Below are positions 37,901 to 52,900 of a stretch of DNA of 64,000 nucleotides, one piece after another. The notes beneath the pieces are model-generated. The model made no database searches. It was not told the DNA's origin and saw only the letters and a program-made list of their open reading frames with translations. Both the position numbers and the translations under genes were made by a program. Origin of the DNA: Balanoglossus misakiensis (lineage: Eukaryota; Animalia; Hemichordata); NCBI GenBank assembly GCA_040954595.2, contig CM082595.2, forward strand, positions 2,048,635-2,112,634, written 5' to 3'. The first letter of the stretch is position 1, and every line of letters starts with the position of its first letter.

Positions 37901-40900
37901 GGTTTGGTCCAAACATTTCATGTTTTCTAATCTATTTTTTATTGACAGTCAATCAAGAAATGCGCACGAAATTTGTTCGTACTTTGCGTTCTGCTCATTG
38001 GAAAGTGTCATGGAGACTGCAGCTCCTGATGTTTTGCTTGTAAGTGGAATCTTTCCTCCAATAATACTACCCCAAAATGTAATCTGGTCCCGAGTGAACT
38101 ACATGTAAGTGTATTTGCTCTAGGATGCTGCCACTATAATCATATTCTTACTTAAGTATTCTCTGGCAAACTCACATAATTTATCGCTGTGAAAATAAGT
38201 TTATATTTTTTACAAAAAGAACATTTCAACATTTAAAATTGTTTTGTTCTTTCCTTTTCTAGGACGTTTATGTCAAACCTTACGACATCTCCAAATTCAA
38301 GTCGTGTATTACCCCTGCCCCAGAGCAGCACTTCTACCCATCTGCCTCCAGTTTTACTGCATGCTGTGTGTTGGAGACTGGGGTAGTCAAAGCAGAGTTC
38401 CTGGGTTCTCAAAGACAAGTAAGTTCGTGTTGACAATATGTAACTGTTTTCCATTTTCATGACCTGTGTGTCACCTTACATTCTGGCTTCTGTTTGTTAA
38501 AAATAATTTCATTTAGAGCATCAAATTGGCAACTTAACTTGCTATTTGACTTTTAGTTTGTGAGAATGGGTATGATGTCCTTAATACACATCTTAATTGA
38601 AAGATGATGTCAACACTATTGTATATTTCAGGTGTTGTCTAATATGGGAAAAGTGGGGCCTCCAATCTTACAAGATCCAAAGGAATACTTCAATATGTGT
38701 TGGCTTGCTGGACTTCTGCCAAGAAGCATGGACCAGCCGGCACCTAGTATCCCTGTGGTAAGTCTTATCTAGTCCACCCCTGTGTCATAATATACAAGTC
38801 CAAGCACACTACTGAAAGCAATAAGACTAGTCCATGGTAAAACGGCATAGAGGTGGGGATTTATCACATAGGTCGATATAACATAACAACCAGACAACAG
38901 AACTACATATAATATCCAGTTTTCTTGACAAAATTCTTTTCTGCAGGTCTTGTACTGTGAATTTAACCCAGTGTATCTTTTCGCTGTCCCTAGCAACTGC
39001 AACGAGATGCACTATTCACTGTAGCTCTGGAGAATAACATGGTTGATTTCCTGGTCTCCTGTATCACTATGTGGAGCGAAGGAGGTGAGAACTATTACTA
39101 CCCATACATGTATATCTGTCTATCTATTCTATATATCTGTCTATCTATTCTAGCTATCTAGCTAGAAAACTTGTGTAGCACCAATCTCCATGTGGTCTGG
39201 GAAAGGTCTAATTGTGTGTATGTGGAAATGTCCTTCTTTTCCAGGATTATCGTCTGGCTGTACTTTACGGACAATCCTGGATTGGGCCTGGAATAAAGTT
39301 GCCAACATCAAGGAATCCATTGACAGAGTCTGCATGCCTCTCTATGATGGCTACGGAACTCACCTGGATAAACAGTCGACTCAGTTGTTGGACCATCATG
39401 CATTGCATTTACACCACATGGTGTTGGTCTTCCAGGCACTGTTGGATCAGTCAGCACCCACCACTGAACAAGGTAAGTGGCTGGCATCTCGTTTAGATTA
39501 TATTCCAAACGGTACTTGCAATCCAGTGTGATGAGACAAAGCAAGTCAGGTTGGAACATGTTTTAGACGGGGTGTACAGTACCTTTCTGTGCCATCATTA
39601 ATTGTGTGTGAAAAATTCTCTTTATTAAGTCAACAGAAAATACATTTAAGATGTCTACCAGCCTCCTGGCAATCAAATAAATCTTTTTTTATGGCAACAT
39701 GTAATATTTACCAAAGCATTCAAAATGTTTCAGAGTGGTATATATTTAACTTTCACATTATCAGCAAAAGTCAATCTTTGGCCAGAGTTTCTGAAAGATT
39801 GTCCCATACGGATTAAAACCTGTGTCCATTGGTTGCCGTCACTTTGCAAAGTTTCTGTAATCGCTACCAGGTTGTCTATGCCAATGTCAAGGCTCTGAAG
39901 ACTTGTAAGATCGTCGAACAAACCAGGTGGCAGTTGTGTCAGATTGTTGTAACTCAAGTCGAGTTGTAAAAGTGAAGTCAGTCCAGTGAGTGAGCCCTTC
40001 CTAAGTTCTCTCATGTTGTTTCCACTTAAGTCTAAGATCTCCACAGTTTCCAGTAATTCAAAAACATCAGCTTTCACTTCGTGTAGATCATTGCTGTTGA
40101 TTCGGAGCTCTTTCAGGATGTCCAATCCAGAATCGATGGTGTTGACGACATTGAAGCAGTTATTGAAGTCTGATATGTCATTCCCATTCAGATTTAAAAC
40201 ATGTAAACTGATTAATCCGGTGAAAGCAAACTCATCGATGACTGAAATATCATTAAAACTGACATCGAGCAAGGCAAGGTTCGTGAGACTGACAAAATTG
40301 TCCATTTTCAGATCAACAAGCTTGTTGTGTTGTAGTTTTAACTCCTCCAGACTTGACAATGAATCAAAAGTGGCTTTCTCGACGGATGTGATCTCATTGG
40401 CACTGAGGTCCAAAATTTCCAAGGAACTTAATGAATCAAACAGATCGTTGTGGATAGAAATAATTATGTTTCCATGGAAATTTAATATCTTTAAATCATT
40501 CAAACCAGCAAAGAGATCTGGTGGCAGGATGCATAGCTTATTGTGGCTAAAATCCAAAGTCTCAATTTTGTTGCAGTTTTCGAATAACTTCTCGGGCAGT
40601 AATGTTAGCGAGTTATAACTGAAGTCTGCATTGAGTAAGTCTACAGTTTGCTGCAGTGAATTCTCATGGATGATGTTGAGTATGTTTTCGCTGAAATGAA
40701 GAGATTCCAGGTGGTCGAATTCCAGGTCGTCTTCCAAGATTTCTGCGATGTAGTTTCTGGAAAGATCTAAGACTTTGACAGCAGTGGGTATTGTGTTGGG
40801 GACGCTTTGTAGCCCTGCGTCGCTGCAGTTGACGATTTTTTCAGTGGACATAACACAGGTGCAATTCACCGGGCAGCCAGTGGATAGGTACTGCTGGTGG

Positions 40901-43900
40901 AGCAGGAGGAAAAGCCAAGTCCACTCAACTGAAAATGGGTGCATTGTTGTCATCATGAATGTTGATTTCTGGGAGGAGAAAAAGAACAAATTCAAAGTCA
41001 GAAAGAACAATTCACGAAACATAGTATTAGTAGCATTATACACACAGTGACTGACACTGCACAATAGTGGTACATTTGTATGTCTGTCAGCTCACTGAAA
41101 GACAAGATAAAATACACACAGTGTATTTTAGAGAATGGTGCAAACAGTTTCTATGTCAGTTTAAAGACACCATAGTTTCTTCCTGTAATGTATTGACATA
41201 GTACTTTAATTTCCTGTCACTGATTTTGAATACGAACTCTTGGGAGAAAAAAATGTGTCATTTCTCCTTTTCTGAAACTCCTTATTCAACACAGTAAACA
41301 GAGAGGGAAAAAATCGATTTTAACTTCCTTTTTGTATTTAAATACAAATGGGAGCTTATGGGAACAATGAACAAAAGATTACTTTATATATTAAAATACA
41401 TTTGTCAAGGTAGCCAAAAATTACAATCCATCCATTGTGTTAATAAGGCGAGTTTGAACTTTGAGCATTTAGCCAATCGATTGAGTTGCAGTTTTTCTTA
41501 TAGACTGTTCCCAATATGGCCTATTGGTTGAAAGACTCCATCAGTTGGCAGCAGGGGTGACTAGCTGAAAAATGTATTACTACAGTGATTTCATTCTCAT
41601 GTCTCGTTGGTCGGAAAACATGTTAATATTAACAAACACCATGTTTGCTTTTTTATGAGACACCTTGGAAATAAATGGCATGTCTGTTACATAATCTATT
41701 AGTTTTAGTGGGTAAATACAGAAATGTGCTTGTTATAGACTGTATCCATGGAGACATCTTTTTTTTGCCATTTTGTAAAACTCCCAATGCTAGTCTCTGT
41801 ATTCAGTCAGTAATATAATGTAAACTAACCCCTACTGTCAGCTCATTTACTAATAGGTTTGATATTTCAATAACATCATTGATTTGCTTGTGTCAATTGC
41901 ACCGGGAAAAGGAAAAAGAAAACGATGAAATTCCGGTCTCCCACCAACCGGAGCTTAAAATAAATTTTGCAAACATGTGAATATCGGGAAATTATGAAGT
42001 AATCTCAAGGTTTAAATTGTTTTCCTGGCAGAGTTATTCATATTCAACAACCATAAATATGATATGTGAATTTCCACGCGTGTTAAAATTGTAACATGCA
42101 TTTGTCCTGATATACTGTGTTTACATGTTTCTTGAAATGAATTTTGAGGTTTTGTCTGTGATATCAATACCGTTGACAGTGGGGAATGTGAGAAAATAAT
42201 TCCTAAGAAACCTATGACTGTTTTCAATACCTTGAAACTTTTGATACTGTGTACTTACATGTTTAGGACTACTCCTTGAGGTATCCAGTTACACGCAAAA
42301 CTACCCCAGTCTACGGAAATTATTGATTCCACTGAAATCATTAATGCTAGAATATTTGCTCTGCATGTCACATGATATATACTGCCTGCCACTGCTCTGC
42401 TGGAGTTCTACTGTTGGTGTACACACTATGTATAGTGTGTATGTGTGTGTGCCTATGAGCCAAAGTCCTGGTGATGTCACACTGATCATGTGATCACTAA
42501 TAACCAATCAACTGTCCATGAGCCAAAGTCCTGGTGATCATGTGATCACCAATAACCAATCAACTGTGAGGGATGTGCTATGGTGCTAAGAATATGTAGG
42601 GTTCGCTCTGAATGCTTCTTTCTTGTGTAACTATGTATATATTGATCATTTTTGGGATTATGCTGTGATCCTTTTAGGTTTAGGAGCATTAAAGAAAACA
42701 TACAATTCTGAAACCAGGCTTCATTCCAGATTTTCTTACTTAAATACTGCTACGGCATCATCGTTTTATGGCATATACAACCAATTTGTGAATTCTGTAT
42801 AATTTCAAATCAGGCAGTTAGTGACAAAATATATCAGAAGAAACAGTGATGTCTGTTTGCTTAAATCAATATTTCATCACCTGCTCTAAGTAAGATTATT
42901 GACTTTGTCATGATGTTCTGTAAAGATGACTTCTAACCAAGATAAAAAGATTTTTGACTTTCGTTTCAAATAATTCCCATGAAGCAGTCATTAGGTGTCA
43001 CTGAAATCTGAAAAAGCAAGTGTTTATAAATGAACAAACATAATGCACATTCATGTCAGTGCAACGATACAATCCATGGTACTATATAGACAGGATTAGC
43101 AACAGCTGTTGGCTTCGGAAGGGCTATTTAATATATATTTGCCAGTGTTGACTTTATCTTTTGTACCTCTGCCCTGGTTTTGCCAGTTCCGAAGCTCATT
43201 ATGAGAATAAAACGAAATTTATGACACGTAGCATTTGAAATTTATTGCTCTCTGCAAAGGCGATCTGGAAAGTTGAAATGGCTTCCAATATGGTCCCTTT
43301 TATCCCCTCACCAACCAAACGACTCACCCCTGTTTCAAATGGATGGATCCAACCTCACTATTCAAAGCAATGAAATTTGGTCATACATAAAATGTAAGAG
43401 GGGTGTTTTGATTCTGAAAATGGGGACATTGTACTTTGAGTTATGAGAGTGTATCTGAACTCTTTTGTGTGAAAAATAGGTTTTGGAAAGATTAATGGTG
43501 TCGCAACCATTATCTTTTAAACAGAGTCACATTGAAACTCGTATTTGGGAACAAATAATATCTGACGTTCAAAACAGGAGAAATCTTTTAAAGCACAAAT
43601 TTGTGACAGTCGCAAGCCCACAATAAAATCACCAAAATAATTTCTGTATATTTGTGAATTTTTTTCAAACATATTGCAAAATAAAATAAAATATATGAAA
43701 TTATATGTGAGCATGCTAAAATTAACACATATTGAAAAATTGGAAATTTGCTGCTACATGTTAGTTAATAAATGAGGATTATCACCTGTGTTTGGTTGCT
43801 ATGCATATTTTCAAGCAGGATTTTTAAATATCTGATTTGATCAAATGGCACATTGTTCTGATCTACTTTTCAATTTTAGAATAGTCGCATCTCTTTATTT

Positions 43901-46900
43901 ATTGCTGGTTGTGATGTTGATATTAAGTGGCTTTGTATTATGGGAATAATTGGTATCATTTATTAGTTTCTGCTTATGTGTGAGTTTTATGACGAGATCG
44001 AGTCTTGAGTGTGCTATTGATTCAAAATGAAAAGCAAGTGAGATTTGTATTGTGGCGAATACAGCCCGCTGGGAACGTTACTTATTCATTTCTAAAACAA
44101 CATTATTACTAAAACTGCTCTTTAAATAAACTTCTTTAAATAAGCTTTCTCCACTGTCATGAGAATCAAATTATTATGGAAAGAGGATTGAGAATGTTGT
44201 CATGGCGACTATTCAGTTATTTTTGCACTGTTCTGTTAAATAGCAAAATCCTGTTCGATCTCCGCCATTGTATTGCATGTACAATGTAGAGTCTTATGAA
44301 ATGTCAGAAATTCTCATTTTGCTGTAGACATATTTACTCTGAACAGTCGCTGATAAAAGTGAATGGGGTACTTTATACGTCCTCAGTATATTCATGAAAG
44401 CAACTGACCAGAGAAAATATTTAGATGAATAAGAAGAAACTGGATTCCTGGAAATGTTTTCAGTTTAAGTTATAGTGTCTTCATTGTCAGTATACAAGAG
44501 TGTTGAAAACTTTTCATTCGCCGGTATATGGACATAATCTGTGAGTGATTTGGTGAAGTTCATGTACTCTGTCTCACTTGGAGTTGAATCATTTTCTAAG
44601 ATGGAACACTGAATCTTGAACCCCATTTGACAACAAACTCATCACCCGTAGTCAAACACTAACATTAAACAAGATTTATTTTTTCACATTCACTTATCAG
44701 TACAGATTTGTTGCTTGAGTGAATACACGTCAGTCTATTTGTTTAAAACAGGCTTTGTTTTGGGGAAAACTGATCAGAATCTTTTTTAAGTGTTTAGAAT
44801 TCCGGTTTACTGATTAAAATCGCGGTATTGGTTGATTTATGATCTAGAGTTTGTTGAGTGGTTATATCACGCCAAGTAGCTGTAGTGGTCACTTCATGAT
44901 TTCCCCATTGCTTTCAAAGACTCAATTAATCGTTTTGAATTATACAGTTTAGATTGTCCTGTCGCGTTAGCGCACAGGCGATGTCAAATCGAGACTGTTT
45001 TAATGTCTTTTAGTTAAGAGAGGGAGAGATGAGATTTTTTAAAGAAGGGTAAGATTTTGCCTTCAGCACCGACCATGCTTGATTCTAATTCCAGTGGAGT
45101 TCTGATGGAATGATTGATGAGAATTATATACATTATTATTGATCATGAAACGACGCTGTTAGAATCAAACGCGACAACTGTGCTCGCCTTGACGGGGGAT
45201 AAACCTGCTTCAGTCTCTTTAACCCTTTTTGATTGCAAATTTCCTTTCTGTTATGAGATGCAGAAGTGAGTCTTTCAGAGATGGTTTTGAGATTTCCTTT
45301 TATCCTTTGGAGGAAATGTTCGATTGTGTTGCAGGTTTTTAACTAAAATTACTTCAAAATGGCGTGTATATTTCTGTAACTTATATTATAAAAATAGAAC
45401 ATGAACCTAGGATATAGATCATGTATAATGACTTCCCTTTGAATGTATTGGCGTAGTTAAAATGCCACCTTTATAATGAGTCGCCATTAAATGCATGTAG
45501 TTTCACTAACAAGACTGTCAGCAATAACGCGAGAAAACAGAATTATAAGAGAAATGTGAGAGTCCTGAAGGTGCGGAAAATAAAATAGGTAGCTCGAGTC
45601 TGGTTAATTTAACCCTTTCACCCCTCGTTCCCTGTTTAGAGGTCCGACCTTACCATAGAAAACCAATGGTTTGGACTGAACCATGGCAGTGAAAGGTGTG
45701 TTTGTGTCTCAGGTGTTCCATCTCAGAAATAAATTGCCAGTCTGGTGTACAATGTACAAGAGACGTACCTGTCATTCCGTTCACCCTGTGGTGCAAATCC
45801 AGCGCTATTATAATTCTGAAAGGTCCCCCCCCCCCTCCCCTCACTCCTTTACACGAAGTGAGGTGATATTTACGTAACCTGTAGAAACACATATTGTATT
45901 GATGCAGTCTGGAAACTGCGAATACATTAAGATATCGCCCCATCCTCTCAGAATGAATAAGAAAAATAAAATATGTCTCTTTCCCCGATAATACTGTCAC
46001 GCCAGTTTCGATAATGAATAAAACATCTGACTTCTTTCATAGCGTAACTGAAGAAACACAGGATAAAATTTATGAATAATAATGAATTTTAATATTCACC
46101 ATAGAAAAGTTAAAGCTTTAGGTATTATTGAAAACATTTTCTGTTCACTTTGATGAAAGGTTTTCTTATAAAAATAAGCAGTTATTATATATTTACCTGT
46201 GTACCATCAGTGCTGGCATGGGTTGTATAGTTGAATGTTTTGATGTCCAGGAAAGTCGGGCTGAAATGTTCGAGCAGCGCAGAAAAAGGGCATGTTGGTA
46301 ACCTCAGGTCAGGACGAACTAAACTGCACTCCCCCAGTCGGAGGGAATTAGTGATTGTGATAAGAACGGCTACCCCGAGGGACGAAAAACACTTTTGCTA
46401 TTAACCACAAAGCTAGGAGGTCCCTTTGAATTAAACCGCTATGCGATACTGTTGTTCCACTGTCTTCCAAACATTCTGTTTGCATCAGGGTTACGTGTGT
46501 GTCAGGGGTCAAACCAAGGGTCAATGAAGGCATTCAGGCCAGGGTGTCACATTATTGACTTTGGAAAACCAATGAGAAATTTGTGAATATTTTGTTTGAT
46601 GTTTGGCAGAGGTTATCAGAACGTAGCCACTATAGATCATCGTAACTGTCTCACTCTATTTCTGTTTATGTGGGTCCAATATGAATAATGTAAAAAAAAC
46701 AGCATGAGATCATAGCTAAGCAAATATACACATTGGTTGATGACATCTATGGTTATACATATACAATTGATCAACTCAGACATTTCATTCTGAGCTTTGC
46801 ACCACTGTAGGATCGGACCCAAATTCTTCAACCAAGTGCCCAGAACAGATTTGCAAATACTATGTAATGGAAGAGCTATAATAGTCTCTCTGCATTTCCA

Positions 46901-49900
46901 CTATTGACTTGAATTGTAATACAAGTCAAGAGGAGAGAGCTTAATTCTCATCGATGACTTTACACCACAGATAAAGTTACCAAAAAGTTATCGTTGACCA
47001 GTCGACCGCAACTGTCAAAGTCTATGTCTTTCCAGCCAATGTTTTACTTTGTGAAAACTGTTTGTGTTTTCTGAAACTAGAGTCAGTGTAAGAGAGAGTG
47101 GCCTAAATTCTTGGCAACTCCACATCTGGGTCTTGAACTTCTTGCAGGAAAAAAAACTACATGTACATGTTTTTTCCAGTACTTAGGTTTTAAATTGAAA
47201 ATACAGTGATTACATGAGAGTCGATGTTAGCATGTACCTGAATTTGATATCAGTTGAGCAGTGCTTGCTAAGTAGGTTTGCATGTAAAGCTCAGTGATGT
47301 TTTATTTGAATAATAGATGATCGCTTTGAGTTTGAAGCTGTAATTTATTACCATGGTGACGCTATATTTCAATACAATGCATGTCTGTTGTTGCTGGAGG
47401 CATCGACCACCATCAATATTTTCTGTTCACGTATTAAGTCTTATTGTTATACTTGGTATTCAGTGTGGCTGTCGTTGAGGCCTAAATAACTGTGAGAACT
47501 GTTATGTGTGTCACAAATCCTGTAACATTATCTGTGATTGCTTGGAGTCGCATCAATTGATACGCCCCCAATTGGTATTTACAGGACCCCCCGAGTGATC
47601 TTACATCCTGGCATTTCTTTCATTTGGAATAGATTTCCCATTCTTAGCAATAATCTGTAGGTGTGTGTGTGGGGGGGGGGGGATACAACTTTCTTCAGAG
47701 GGAAGTCATTTCAATTGCAAACGTGTAGTTTTTCCGTTCCGCTGATTAAGAGGGTGATTGTGGCCACAGGGGGCGCTGCTCTATTTCCAACTGCAACACC
47801 CGCACTGTTGCCCCTGACGACCATTAATTTCATTAGACAGATATTTTTCACAAGAAAAAAATACACAGACTTTTGCAAATGAAAGATGCAGAGGCAGGAA
47901 TGTGTTCATGTATCCAGAAAGTTTAATGAAATCTGCAAATAAAACTTTAGGATCAGCTGCACAGGGAATTCAATTTAAAATCTATCTCCACTATTTTGAA
48001 AGACTCTATTTGTACTTTGTGAGAATTTTCAAATGAAAATTCTTGTCAAAATGCATTAACATTAAAACAATATTTGGTGTGTCTGTGACACAAAGGCAGT
48101 TTTACTTCATTTGTATTATTTTTGAAATATATATTATGCTTCAAATAAAATGCTCCATCACAAAACAACGAAAGAATGTTTTAGCTGCACATTATTTTCA
48201 AACATATGTCACCACTAGAGTATGAAAACACTGTCCCCGATTCAGTTTTTCCAATGCTTTCTTGTGTATTGTGAGTGAAAAATATAACTTTCAGGTTTTT
48301 CAATCAGGGCATTAGATACTGAGCTGGACTTGCTGATTTCCTGTACTTTTTCCATGTACCGGATCAAAACCTTCTGATCCGTGAATTGACCGTGTTTGTC
48401 CTGGAAGTAGGAATTGTCTGTCATGATCAACTGCATCCCAATCATGGTCTTGAACCAGTCATGGGTGTAGCCCAACGTCTTCGCTACCGTAGCGATGCTG
48501 TCCAAGCTGTTCGCACTGAGTTCAAGAAACTCTAGACTCAGCAGGTCATCGAAAACTACAGAAGGTAGTTTCCTGATGGGGTTATAACTCAAGTCGAGAT
48601 TCTTGAGGTTTTGCAGCGGTTGGAAAGTATGTTTGTCAATGATGACCATGATGTCGTTCCTTTGCAAAGACAATGTCAGTAGATTATTTAAGTTATCAAA
48701 CATCTCCTTGCTCAGATTCATGAGCTGGTTTGAACTTAGATCCAACGACTCTAAAGTTGTGAGTGGGTTCAGTGTCTTGGCGACCGTGGTGAGCCTGTTG
48801 TTATGGAGACGCAGCTCTTTCAGTTTGGTGAGATCAATGAAGGCATCATCTTCAATTTTTTCGATCTTGTTGCCTGTTAGCTCCAGTAAGATGGTGTTAC
48901 TGAGCCCCGTAAAGGCATACTCCTTGATTTCTGTTATCATATTGTAGCTCAGGTCCAAGACTTCAATCTTCAACGTCGGCCTGTGACGGCTTAATGGAAG
49001 ACTGGACAACTTGTTCCAGCTGACGTCTAAGACGATGATTTCTGTGTAGCTTTGTAAGGTGCTCAAGCTGTCGATTTTATTGTCCCGTAGGTAGAGATGG
49101 GTGAGATTGTCCGGCAGAGGTGATGGCACTGTTGTCAAACTCTGGCTCGTACAGTCAACGATCACGGAATCAGCCGTCATGTTACAGGTGCAGGGTGTTG
49201 GACATGTGGCGTGCACCGTCATGGTAAGGCAGCAGACCAGAATGATGATAGAGGGCAGTGTTGATGGATGGGTTAGCTCCATTCTTGTCAAAGATGTAAA
49301 ATATACTAGCTTAGATGTTCGTTAAATCATCCCAAAACAGGTAGTCTCGCAAGTTTTCTGCCGAAATACCCAAATATGTTATATAATGACTACATGTAGT
49401 TCGTGCACAGATAGCGTTTGTCTGCAACTGGTGGCATTACTTGAACTGGCAGTTATCACAAAGTTCTGTCACTGTGCAAAAGATTTCATACACACATCCA
49501 TGTATCGTACTTGTAGACCGAGAGCCTGTTTATCTCTTGTAATTCCTGAAAAGTCAAGAAAGATAAATGTAAAAACAATCCCCGTAACATTGTATTTGGA
49601 GATAAGCTTGTAAAGTGGCAAAGTGACGCCAGTTATTATTAAGTCACATCCCTGGCATTTTGAGTGTGTGTCTCATTCTTGCCGAACCTGGCAACAAATG
49701 ACAAATAAAGACCAACAGCTTCGCAAAATAGCATTCTTTCGGATTGAGCGATCGATTTTAGGATTAGCACAAAGAACGATTGTGCTTTAGAGATCTACTG
49801 AGGCCATCTTGCATACTTTTGCAGTACAACGTCTCTGTCCAGCACACGACGCACATTTCATATTAAATCATAAGTGTCTGTGTCGAGACATCTAACAAAG

Positions 49901-52900
49901 TTCCACCGTTACCAAGCAACCGACAGAATTTCACCGCCAAATACAAGTCCTAGTTGTGCAGTTATTACAAAACAAACACAATGACCATGGGTAAATTTAC
50001 AAATTTTGATTTATGATTGTGATATTTTGTACCACGAAGATCCCAGCAATCCATGGATTGAACTCAAACCTTACCTTAGTTCTCTACAGCTCAGTAAGTT
50101 TTCTGAAAACTGCTTCTCAGAGCAGGAATCGCCCCGGGCTGAAGTTCAACATGCCATCAAACATCCAAACTTGACATCAGTTCACACTTGAATAGTTCTG
50201 ACGGATTTCAGTTGGACTGATCTGGTGAAAATGCAGCTTACATCAAGTGGCACAGCTTCTATTAACCGTGTCCATAGCACACACGTCTTGTTAATTCTAC
50301 CACGGTTACATCATCTGTTTACCCTCCTCTCAAATGCACAAAGACGTGGGCAGACAGCTGCAGTAGTGTCTGGCTGTTGAGAAAGAGAAAGAGAATTCAA
50401 TGTTAGAATGGGTGTGAACTAGTTCTTTATACATCAGCTGGCTTTCAAGACTGAATGCCTTCAAACTCACTGTTGCGTGTCCATACCTTAAAAAATATAA
50501 CATTTATACAAGTACATGTATATTCAACTGTTTCATTTTCACACCAAGATTTTTTGTGACATTCTGGATTGGTCTGGTAATAGTAGTAGGATTTCCACAT
50601 GCACACGCTCCTGTTGTCTCCAGTTACTTGTATATTGTTCAGATATTTCTTCTTAAAGAATTCACCGATGATGTCATTGGGGTTCAGACAATAAACAGGA
50701 ATTGGTTGAATAGCAGCTATGACTTGTGTGAGTGTAACCAAATTACTTCCGTTCTACCTGAAGAATTTTTCCGTTAAAACTACAGTACAGATTTATTCAC
50801 ACACTCTCAGTATTTTTTAAAGACGAATCTTTAGTTTTGATTCATTTAAAATTCGTGTTTGAATTAAAATAACTGTTGAATACAGCCATCTTCTGAAATA
50901 GCCATTGGATAAAAAATAATCTGAAGATGTCCCAGAAAGAGACTTCAATAATCTTGGTTGTTTCGTATAATTGCGTGAAATTCCTGCCAACAAATACTTC
51001 GAGGTGAAGAAAAGAAAATATTTGCAGATGGCGATATGTAAATAAATGCTTCAAACACTTCACAGTGGTTGCCCACTCCGATCTAGCGGTTCTTTTAGTC
51101 GTTCACGCTGACTGCTTCTGGACTGGTCAGAGCGTGACTTACAGGTCAACCAGAAAACCTGCCAACAAAAACTGCTGTCACTTATTTAATGAAGCCGCGT
51201 TTTATAGGTGTGCAGAGTAGACACTTTTTGGTGTTCAAGTGAAACACAGCGCCATTGAATCAGTCGAGGGGTTGCTGCTATGAACAGGACCATTGTTTGA
51301 GTTTGTCGTTTTGATGGATTGCCGATACCGTGTCTACATGTCAAACCATTTAATTTACAACAGAAATGTCCGGTCAAAGATTACTTTTCTGTTGTAAAGA
51401 TAGTCCAGTAAAAACATTTCAGATCACTGCTAATTTTCGGTTGAATCTTATTCCAGCAATTTTGGGAAAAAGCAAGCTGGGACGTAACTCATCACTATTG
51501 GCTAGTTGTTGAAAAATCAGCCTACATCTAGGTTTTTTACGACAAGAGGGCTTAATCATGAAACCCATTGATTTGCCACGGTGTGGTAACATATATAATA
51601 CATGTAGTGTTGTTTCTACTCTGGTATTTTGAACACACTCTAAGCCATTGAAGGTGACACTTGAGATTGTGTTACACCTCTTGAAGCGTGACAGTCACCT
51701 TGACTTTGAGCTTGGTCACTGGTTGTCACGGGCACCTTCAAAACATGATGTCATCACATCTGTGCCCTCTCAGCTCATCTTACATTTGTCCCTGGGTTTA
51801 AGGAGACATCCTTTCCATGGAATGTAAAGCACTAAATCCATGAAAGGAGATCCAGTATTCCAACACTTATCCCTTTGTCCGAAATCACTTCCATGGATTG
51901 TAAGCACTGAGGCCATATCAGGGCATTCAATACAAATAACCGCTATAAAACTCACCCAAATAGTCAATCATAGTGTCATTCTTTTTTCTGCTGCAATGGC
52001 AGTATAAGTAGCGACAAGAATCGTCGCTTTTGTCCCAGTTGCCAACCAAGTGTGTTAAAGATATCTGACATGTGTGTCCGTGTTTGCACAGACCTTATTC
52101 AGGCTATTACTTCACAAACCCTGTCATTTTATTGGCCTGTTATCTTTCATGGCCGGGATGTGATTGGCTGAGCATCAATCATATTTCGTGGCCCCAAGAT
52201 GTCCGTAAGTCACACGCAAAGTTTATCCACTGACGACTGTGTGTGTGTGTTGTTATGTTCCAAAATGATGGAGAGGGCTGATGAAACAAACAATGGTGTT
52301 ATATTGATTTTTTGGAGTAAGCTTGTCAGTGCAATTATGATTTAGATGCGTTTTCTTCAAGAGTTGATTTCAAAGTCCATGGGTGGATCAATACAGGGCA
52401 CTGCAGGGTACTCACCAAGTATCAAGCACAGGTCAGCCACAAAGCTTACGGAACGACATTGAAACTATCAAAAATATTCCCATTTTCAAATTTTCAGGCA
52501 TTAATTTTATCCTAATACTCAGTTAATGTCACCAGTATTTTTCTTTCACAAACAGCAATGTCAACTTACACAAATTCTTCAGAATTAAACAAAGACACAT
52601 CTCTGTAAGATTAGTGTTGAAATGCCTGGTATGTATGTTTTACGTCTATTGTAAAACATCTTTTTTGTTGCACAGTAGCTAATTAAAAGCTTGATATAAT
52701 GCTGATCGAATTCAGGTCCCAGTTACATCTGATAAAAAAAGAAACCTAGTTCCACACACCCTAATTAAGATGCAGTCTTTTGAGTGCGTTGCAGTTAAAA
52801 GATGTTTAATATAGGTCAACCTTCACATCAATTTATTTAGTTAGCAAACATCAATTGTATAAGACCTAGCAACAGACTTGCAGCACCTAAGCTGTGGAAT

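Noticed and set aside
40957-41064. N-terminal extension of the 444-aa LRR ORF
   Set aside because: Begins at a non-ATG codon and runs through a polypyrimidine tract and acceptor; probably intron and UTR.
39986-48947. Plus-strand ORFs 39986-40618 and 48603-48947
   Set aside because: Antisense shadows of the LRR genes.
39730-49282. VLR-like somatic assembly locus or Toll-like receptor
   Set aside because: Both ORFs are complete. I saw no flanking partial LRR cassettes, LRRCT/stalk, TM or TIR domain.
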